From: Deltaproteobacteria bacterium
GTDB taxonomy: Bacteria > SAR324 > NAC60-12
Assembly: GCA_038150265.1 (NCBI GenBank)
Contig: JAYOTF010000036.1
Span: 1-34,685 of the forward strand
Direction: 5' to 3'
DNA: 34,685 nucleotides
Part shown: positions 8,677 to 15,159 of the stretch, piece after piece
Numbering within the stretch: position 1 is the stretch's first letter
Layout of the letters: every line of letters begins with the position of its first letter
Notes under the pieces: generated by a model
What the model was told of the DNA's origin: nothing
Database searches by the model: none
The model's input: only the letters and a program-made list of their open reading frames with translations
Position numbers and translations under genes: made by a program

Positions 8677-9479
8677 CGCATGCCTTCCCGGAAGGTGGGG
8701 TACCTCAGGGAGAGGCCAAGCTCGTTGAGCAGGCGGGAGTTGTCGATCTGCCGCTGCGGAGCCGGCATCGACTCAGCAGCCAGCGAGCGAGCCGGGAGCA
8801 GATCTGGCGTCAGGTCCGGATGATGCGCCACCAGCCACTGCCCAGCGTCCCAGGACGCACAGGCTTCCTGATCCACCGCATTGACCACTGCTGGCCCCTC
8901 CGGATGCGCCACCAGCCAGCGAACCACCTGGGCCAGGTCATAGACGTGAATCCGGTGCGTCGGTGACGGCGACTCCGGAAGACCCCGCCCGTCTTTCAGG
9001 CGCTCCACGAGGTTGCGTCCGGGGCCATAGATGCCGCCGGGTCGCACCACCTGCACCTCAAAGAAACGCCCCAGCGTTTGTTCCGTCATCAGGCGCAGGC
9101 GTCCGGAAATTCCATCCGGCTCAAAGGAAGAGGTCTCCGACCACTGGCCATCACGGCGCGGGTACACGCCTGTGGTCGACACATAGACCAGCCGCTTCAG
9201 GTGAGGACGGTGCGCTTGCATCCAGGCTCCCCATGCTTCCAGGCGGGCCTGCTCAGCGTCCAGCTCTCGAAAAACCGGAGGGGCCGTGACCACCAGAACC
9301 ACCGGCGCTTCCGGAAGAACCGCACTTGATTCAGGAGTGGCCCAGTCCCAGCGGTACCGTGGAACGACGCTGGTGGGATCGGTGCTGCGAGACGCCGCCC
9401 ATGAGCCGGCGGGCCAGGTGAAGTCATGGATGAGGGTGCGGCCCAGAAAGCCGACCCCCAAAATCCCGATTGGAGTCAT
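8673..9479 (-). CDS. NAD(P)-dependent epimerase/dehydratase-like atypical SDR (YeeZ-like)
   Basis: GILGVGFLG, YVSTTGVY, RPGGIYGPGR, RIHVYDLA, YPTFREG; ATG 9479 overlaps upstream stop (ATGA); ORF-track N-extension to 9749 is spurious. Confidence 0.82.
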   Translation of the reverse strand: MTPIGILGVGFLGRTLIHDFTWPAGSWAASRSTDPTSVVPRYRWDWATPESSAVLPEAPVVLVVTAPPVFRELDAEQARLEAWGAWMQAHRPHLKRLVYVSTTGVYPRRDGQWSETSSFEPDGISGRLRLMTEQTLGRFFEVQVVRPGGIYGPGRNLVERLKDGRGLPESPSPTHRIHVYDLAQVVRWLVAHPEGPAVVNAVDQEACASWDAGQWLVAHHPDLTPDLLPARSLAAESMPAPQRQIDNSRLLNELGLSLRYPTFREGMR

Positions 9480-10738
9480 CGAGCCTCTGAGGAAGAAGGT
9501 GGGGTCAATTTCAGTTGTACCCGCATGTGGACCACCGAACGCTGTTCCAGGCGTTTGTAATCCTGATGCGTGAGGGTGGCCGCTTGCACGCGGGGGTGGG
9601 CTTCCAGTTGCCGGAGGAGGCGCGGGATGTTGCTTTCTCGCAGCGTCAGCAGTTCCAGTTGCAGCAGGTGCCCTTCGTAGTGAACCGCCTCCAGCCAGGC
9701 CAGGGAAAGCGGGGCCAGCAACGAGTCCAGCAGCTCCGGAGGCAGCCACGCCTGCTGCTCGGCAATCCGCGTTTCCACCGCGGCCAGGCGTTCATGGAGC
9801 CCCTGCTGCTGCTGCGCTTCCTGCAGGGCCGCCCGGCGTTGTTCGTAGGCTGCCAGCTGCTGCTCCGTCCGCTTCAGGTCCTGATCCAGCGCCTTCAGGT
9901 GGGCCTCCGGAACCCAGCGGAGCGCGCCCCACACACCGAGCAGCACCAGTCCCACCGCCAGCAGCGCCCCCTCTCGCCACCACCCGGACTTCTGAGGCAC
10001 GGAGTCAAGCCAGCGAAACGACGCCTCCCACGCAGGCAGATGCTCGAGCGCGTCTGAGAAGCTCACACACGAGCGCTCCTGCGGAGCCTCAGGGCGGCGA
10101 GGCCGGAGCTTGAGCAGAGACAGCTCCTGGCACCCCTGCACATCTTCCGCCCAGGCGGCAAGCTGCTCTTCCGCCAGCTTGGGCATGGGCACCAGCTTCT
10201 TCTCAGGCGAGGTCGGTTCCAGGTAGTACCAGTCTTCCAGCCCATGGAGGGCCCATGCTTCTGCAGCGGCTTCCGGAAGGGATTCCAGCAGCAGTCCCAA
10301 CAGGGGGTGCAGGTGCACCGGCCTGCCAAATTCTTGCTCCAGCGCCTGCTTCAGGTCCAGCGCTGCCGCCGTGGCGCCCACACAGAGGTACGTCACGGAC
10401 TCCGCTCCCCCTTGAGGAGACCGCGCCACCCCAATCAGAGGGAACGGCTCGGGCGCGCCTTCTGGCACGGGCGGTGGTTGCAGTTGCTGGCGGACAAAGG
10501 AGGGCAGTTCCTGAGGCGACAGGGAGATGCCCACGCGCTGCTGGGTGAGCAGCCACGGGCTTTCCAGCAGCAGCACCAACCGCCGAAAGGTGAGCCCCCG
10601 AAGCTCCTGAATCAGGGCTTCCGGAGTCCAGCGGTGGCGCCGGGGCTTGTAGCATCGTTGCTCGTCCTCCAAGCGCCACCAGAGGGTGTGGGCGCCTAAA
10701 ACCACATGGAGCGTCTGGCGGGAGCGCTGCTGAGGCAA
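9476..10738 (-). CDS. Hypothetical bitopic membrane protein, PilN/GspL-like architecture
   Basis: ~260-aa N-terminal domain, one TM (GALLAVGLVLLGVWGAL), coiled coil, C-terminal WLEAVHYEGHLLQLE…LLRQLEAHP pattern like PilN; TTG start; fills the gap between pfaD and the SDR. Confidence 0.55.
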   Translation of the reverse strand: MPQQRSRQTLHVVLGAHTLWWRLEDEQRCYKPRRHRWTPEALIQELRGLTFRRLVLLLESPWLLTQQRVGISLSPQELPSFVRQQLQPPPVPEGAPEPFPLIGVARSPQGGAESVTYLCVGATAAALDLKQALEQEFGRPVHLHPLLGLLLESLPEAAAEAWALHGLEDWYYLEPTSPEKKLVPMPKLAEEQLAAWAEDVQGCQELSLLKLRPRRPEAPQERSCVSFSDALEHLPAWEASFRWLDSVPQKSGWWREGALLAVGLVLLGVWGALRWVPEAHLKALDQDLKRTEQQLAAYEQRRAALQEAQQQQGLHERLAAVETRIAEQQAWLPPELLDSLLAPLSLAWLEAVHYEGHLLQLELLTLRESNIPRLLRQLEAHPRVQAATLTHQDYKRLEQRSVVHMRVQLKLTPPSSSEAR

Positions 10739-10742
10739 GGCG

Positions 10743-12362
10743 TCAAGAGGCGAAGGGGACGGGTGTGTAAACGCCCAGCTCGGGCGATGGGGTCACGCCC
10801 AGCCAGCGCAACTGCTGCACCCGGCTCAGGTAGGCAGCGCCCTGCATGAGGTGCCATGCCACTTCAACGGCCCGCCGGTTTTCCGGAGCCTCCAGGTACG
10901 AACCCCGTACCCAGTCGTTGAAGGCCCCCATGGCCGGGCCACACCAGATCTGGTAGTCGGTCTCGCGTCCGGACTCGCCGTGGTTCGACCAGCGTGAGGA
11001 CAGCCCCAGGTACCAGCGGAAGACCAGGGCCATCTTGCGCTTCGGATTGCCCTGCGCCCGCGCAATGACCTCCGGGTCGCGCTCATTGAAGAAGGCCTCC
11101 GTTTCCTGCCAAATGGCCTCCAGCGGCTGGCGGAAGACCTGCTTCTCCAGGCGTTCGCGTTCCGGAGCCGGAATGCTTTCCAGCGAGTCAAAGTTACGGT
11201 ACAGCTCATAAAGCTTCTGGGCCCGCATCGGGAACATTGTCCCCCGCTTGAGCACCTGCAGTTCCACGCCCATCTCAAACATGTCTGCGGCCGGAGCCAT
11301 CGCCACATCCGCCATTTCCGCTTGCGCCAGCAGGCGCTTGGTGTGCTCCGATGCTCCGGCTTCCCGGCAGGCCTGATTGACGGATCCGGTCACCACGTAA
11401 GCCGCGCCCATCGCAAAGCAGGCCAGCACCGAGGCAGGGGTCCCAACGCCGCCTCCGGCCCCCACCCGAACCGGCACCGCGTACCCGTGGGCCGCTTGAA
11501 TCTGATCCCGGAGGGCAATGATGCCCGGGAGCAGCGAAACCAGCGGGCGGTTATCGGTGTGCCCTCCGGAGTCGGCTTCAACCGTCACATCATCCGCCAT
11601 CGGGACCTGACTCGCCCACTGCGCCTGCTGTTCGGTGATGTGGCCCTGAGCCAGCAGTTCGCGGAGCAGGCGTTCCGGGGCCGGTTCCATGAACTTCCGG
11701 GCGACCTCTGTCCGGGAAATTTTGGCAATCACCCGATTGTGCGGCACCACCTGTCCTTCGGGAGAAACCGTCAGGCCGGCCACCCGGTAGCGGACAATGT
11801 GCGCCGTCAGGTCCAGGTACGCCGAAGCTTCCACCGTCCGGACGCCGTAGCGCAAAAACAGCTCGCAGCCGTTGCGCTCCAGGGCATCTTCGCTTGGGCT
11901 GTGGATCAGGTTGAAGGCATAGGGGCCCTGCGGCAGTGCTTGCTGAATGCGCTGGATGGCGGCTTCAATGCGGCCTGGAACCAGCCCGGCCGCGCCAAAC
12001 GAGCCCAGCATGCCGGCCTGTCCCATGGCAATCACCAGCTCTTCCGAGGCAATGCCGTTGGCCATGGCGCCGGTCATGTACGCAAAGTGAAGCCCGTGTG
12101 CGGCCCGGAACTGCGGGTCTCCCAGCCGATGTGCGGGCAACGCCGGCAGGCTTCCAACCCACTCCGCGGCGTCCTGCCCCTGCTGAAACGCCCCCTCGTC
12201 ACACACCCCGAGGTGCCCCTGCACCCGGACCACCTGCAACGGGCGTTCAGCCTGACTCAGCAGGTGACGGATTGAGGCGGCCTCATAGGCCACCTGTTGA
12301 GCGTTGAGGGCAATGGGAGCAAAGGTCTGCCCCGGGTCCGGGGGCATCAACAAGGCAGTCAT
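10743..12362 (-). CDS. pfaD: PfaD family PUFA/polyketide biosynthesis enoyl reductase
   Basis: GAMANGIASEELVIA, NLIHSP, VEASAY, AKISRTEVA, EADSGGHTDNRP, MAPAADMFEMGV, DYQIWCGPAMGAFNDW. Confidence 0.93.
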   Translation of the reverse strand: MTALLMPPDPGQTFAPIALNAQQVAYEAASIRHLLSQAERPLQVVRVQGHLGVCDEGAFQQGQDAAEWVGSLPALPAHRLGDPQFRAAHGLHFAYMTGAMANGIASEELVIAMGQAGMLGSFGAAGLVPGRIEAAIQRIQQALPQGPYAFNLIHSPSEDALERNGCELFLRYGVRTVEASAYLDLTAHIVRYRVAGLTVSPEGQVVPHNRVIAKISRTEVARKFMEPAPERLLRELLAQGHITEQQAQWASQVPMADDVTVEADSGGHTDNRPLVSLLPGIIALRDQIQAAHGYAVPVRVGAGGGVGTPASVLACFAMGAAYVVTGSVNQACREAGASEHTKRLLAQAEMADVAMAPAADMFEMGVELQVLKRGTMFPMRAQKLYELYRNFDSLESIPAPERERLEKQVFRQPLEAIWQETEAFFNERDPEVIARAQGNPKRKMALVFRWYLGLSSRWSNHGESGRETDYQIWCGPAMGAFNDWVRGSYLEAPENRRAVEVAWHLMQGAAYLSRVQQLRWLGVTPSPELGVYTPVPFAS

Positions 12363-12404
12363 GGTGTGTCAGCAAAGCGGGTTGTCAGGAAAGCAGGGCC
12401 AGGC

Positions 12405-12650
12405 TCAGTCTTCGTCTTCAGCATCATGCTGAAACCGGAAGGACGCCTCCTCGGTGGTGCTTTTGCCAAAGCGCTGCTTGAGGCGTTCAATTTCCTGCTC
12501 CAGGGTGGTGATGATCTGGCGGACGTGCTCGTCCGTGTAGGCGTAGGTCACCCGGTTGGACAGGTTGCCCACCAGGCGGATCTTGTCCATGGCGGCATTC
12601 ATGCGTTTTTCGGCAAGCCGCTCAAATTTTTCCAGTTTGTCTGTGCTCAT
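12405..12650 (-). CDS. Small conserved-looking hypothetical protein (81 aa, helical)
   Basis: KFERLAEKRMNAAMDKIRLVGNLSNRVTYAYT; ATG 12650 with AAGGGA RBS, 14 nt after the hisN stop. Confidence 0.7.
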   Translation of the reverse strand: MSTDKLEKFERLAEKRMNAAMDKIRLVGNLSNRVTYAYTDEHVRQIITTLEQEIERLKQRFGKSTTEEASFRFQHDAEDED

Positions 12651-12664
12651 GAGGTCCCTTCGGT

Positions 12665-13468
12665 TCAGGAGTGGAGGAGGCTTAAAACGTTTTGATGCAA
12701 AGAATCCGAGGCGGCCGCCACGACCGTCCCGTCCCATCCGGGAGCCAGCACCGATTGTCCGGCCCAATCGGTCACACGACCTCCGGCGGCGGTGATGACG
12801 GCCGCTGGGCCTGCGATGTCATAGGGCTTCAGGTCCGCTTCCAGCACCAGGTCAATGTGTCCGGAGGCCAGCAGTCCGTAGCTGTAGCAGTCTCCGCCAA
12901 AGCGCTGCATCTTGACCTGACGCTGCACCGGCTCGAGGCGAGCCTGCTGCTCCGGGGAAAACATGGCAGGGTCCGTGCTGTAGGCATACGCCTCGGCCAG
13001 AGTGGTTTTTCCAGACACCTGAGCCGGAGCAGTTTGCCACTCGGGGTAAGCGATCCGGTGTTCGGCATGAGTCGCCGAAGCCGTCCACCAGCGTTCTCCC
13101 AGGGCAGGCAGGGCCATCATGCCCAGCACCGGAACGCCTTCATGAGCCAGCGCAATGAGGGTCCCGAAGAGGGGGAGCCCAGAGATGAAGGCCCGGGTGC
13201 CGTCAATGGGGTCCAGGATCCACTGCCACTCCCGGTCGCGTCCGGAGTGTCCGTGTTCCTCTCCGAGGATGCCATGCTCCGGAAAGCGGGTTTCCAGCAG
13301 CTGACGCATGGCGCTCTCGGCTTCACGGTCGGCGCGGGTGACGGGGCTTTCGTCTGCCTTGTCTTCAACAGCAAGGGGCTTGCGGAAGTAGCGCAGCGCC
13401 ACCGATTCAGCATGGTCGGCAAGTTCGTGCAACACAGGCACCAGGGAGGCGAGGACGTCCGGGGTCAT
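12665..13468 (-). CDS. hisN: Histidinol-phosphatase, inositol monophosphatase family
   Basis: KADESPVTRADREAE, GILGEE, WILDPIDGTRAFISGLPLFGTLIAL, GGDCYSY, LKPYD. Confidence 0.85.
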   Translation of the reverse strand: MTPDVLASLVPVLHELADHAESVALRYFRKPLAVEDKADESPVTRADREAESAMRQLLETRFPEHGILGEEHGHSGRDREWQWILDPIDGTRAFISGLPLFGTLIALAHEGVPVLGMMALPALGERWWTASATHAEHRIAYPEWQTAPAQVSGKTTLAEAYAYSTDPAMFSPEQQARLEPVQRQVKMQRFGGDCYSYGLLASGHIDLVLEADLKPYDIAGPAAVITAAGGRVTDWAGQSVLAPGWDGTVVAAASDSLHQNVLSLLHS

Positions 13469-14775
13469 CAGTTGGGCTCCAGGTCAAGGGGCTCGCGCTC
13501 CAGCTCTTCCACCAGGCACTTGAGGAAGAGAAACAGCGTTTGCAGGATCGAGTAAATCGGGACCGCCAGCAGGGCCCCGGCGATGCCGGCGAGGTGCTCG
13601 CCTGTCATGAGGGCAAAGACAATGATCGCCGGGTGAATGTGGGCAGCGGTGCCCATGATCTTCGGGTTGAGGAAATTGGCCTCAATGAAGTGAATGAGCA
13701 AAATCCACGCAAGCGCCAGCAGTCCTGTGCTGAAGGAGACCGTCAGGCCCATCACAATGATGGGCACACTCGACAGAATGGTCCCGAAAATCGGAATCAG
13801 CGAAAACAGCGTCGCCACCAGCGCCAGTGTCACGGCAAACGGAATGCCCAGCAGCAGCAGCCCCACGAGCGTGAGGAAGCCATTCACGAGGCAGATGATG
13901 ATCTGCCCCCGGACCACGCCGTTGAGCCCTTCGTCCAGCTGCTCCATGAGGTGCCCCATCCGAATCGTGTAGCGGTGCGGAATGAAGCTCTTCCAGAACT
14001 CGGCAATCCGGTTGGTATCCACCAGAATGAAGCCTGCGACCATGAAGGTCAGGAACAGCGTAAACACCGACCCGGCCACCCCGGTCACCAGCTGACGCCC
14101 AAACGTCACCAGCCGCAGCAGGTCTGAGGAAAGGCTTTCCGTTGCTCCGGTGAGGAGGTTGTTCACCCGCTCATTGAGGGTGAGGCCGTTGGAGAGCTGA
14201 CTTTCTCCGGGCACCCGGGGCTTCGGAATGATCTCAATGCGCTGCGCATCCAGGGTCCGGACCTCATAGACGTACCCTTCCAGCAATTGAGCGAGGGGGT
14301 GATCTGGAGCCAACGGGTCGGTTTCCGAGGCTGGCCCTGCTGGCGTCAGTTCCGGATCCGGCAGCGACGCCACGGGTTCCGGAGGGCTCGGCAGAACCGC
14401 CTGCCAGGACTCCAGCTGCTTCTCCACCACAGGCTGCCACTCCTCCACCAGCACGGAAACGCGTCCCGGAACCTCCTGAACCATCCGGGCCAGCTCCGAA
14501 CTGATGCGCGGCACGAGGTAGGTGCTGAACCCGCCCAGCACCAGAAGCAGAGCCAGGTACAGCAAAATGACAGCTGCGCCTCGAGGCAGGCGCTTGTCCC
14601 CATGAATCCGCCACTGGTGCATCCGCTCAATGGCAGGCGCCAGGACGTAGGCCAGGAAGATGGCCAGGATGAAGGGGAAGAGGATTTGGTTGAGGAAGAG
14701 CAGCACCCCCAAGCCGGCCAGAATGAGCACCAGCATGACCCCAAGTCGTCCGCGCCGAGAGAACAGTTCAAGCAT
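13468..14775 (-). CDS. AI-2E family transporter
   Basis: PFILAIFLAYVLAP, VVRGQIIIC, LIPIFG, EANFLNPKIMG, HPAII, GALLAVP; start ATG 14775 or GTG 14817. Confidence 0.9.
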   Translation of the reverse strand: MLELFSRRGRLGVMLVLILAGLGVLLFLNQILFPFILAIFLAYVLAPAIERMHQWRIHGDKRLPRGAAVILLYLALLLVLGGFSTYLVPRISSELARMVQEVPGRVSVLVEEWQPVVEKQLESWQAVLPSPPEPVASLPDPELTPAGPASETDPLAPDHPLAQLLEGYVYEVRTLDAQRIEIIPKPRVPGESQLSNGLTLNERVNNLLTGATESLSSDLLRLVTFGRQLVTGVAGSVFTLFLTFMVAGFILVDTNRIAEFWKSFIPHRYTIRMGHLMEQLDEGLNGVVRGQIIICLVNGFLTLVGLLLLGIPFAVTLALVATLFSLIPIFGTILSSVPIIVMGLTVSFSTGLLALAWILLIHFIEANFLNPKIMGTAAHIHPAIIVFALMTGEHLAGIAGALLAVPIYSILQTLFLFLKCLVEELEREPLDLEPN

Positions 14776-15075
14776 GTCCGTTTTTCGTGATGGTCGTTCG
14801 GTGGGAGTGGCGCCCACAAGAGTCCGGATTCACTGCAACAGCAACCCATGCCCCGGTGGATTCCGGAAGCGTCCCCTTGGAGGTGGTCAATGGAAACCGC
14901 CCCTATCCTGCCAGCAATTGCCTCGTTTTTCCAGTAAACTCCTGCCGCAGGGCAATCGGCATGAAGGGAAGCCACCGGCTCATCGTGAAAAAACAGTCGA
15001 GACTCGCTGGAGAGGTTCCCTCGCTGGAGTAAAGAAGATTCCAGCTGTAGCACAAGCCTGGAGCGATCACCAACC

Positions 15076-15156
15076 TAACTTTTCAGCAGAGGGGCTCAGG
15101 CAGCGAACTCAAGGGGTCGCTCTTTGTAACTGTTCAGCAGGGGGGCTCAGGCAACG
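15076..15156. repeat. Two 30-bp direct repeats (27/30 identical) separated by 21 bp
   Basis: TAACTTTTCAGCAGAGGGGCTCAGGCAGCG (15076-15105) and TAACTGTTCAGCAGGGGGGCTCAGGCAACG (15127-15156). Confidence 0.85.
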
Positions 15157-15159
15157 TGT

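Noticed and set aside
15003..15029. Short repeat CTCGCTGGAG twice
   Set aside because: 10 bp only, no further copies or supporting context
15076..15156. Possible mini-CRISPR array
   Set aside because: Only two imperfect repeats, 21-bp spacer, no cas genes or leader; kept as a plain direct repeat
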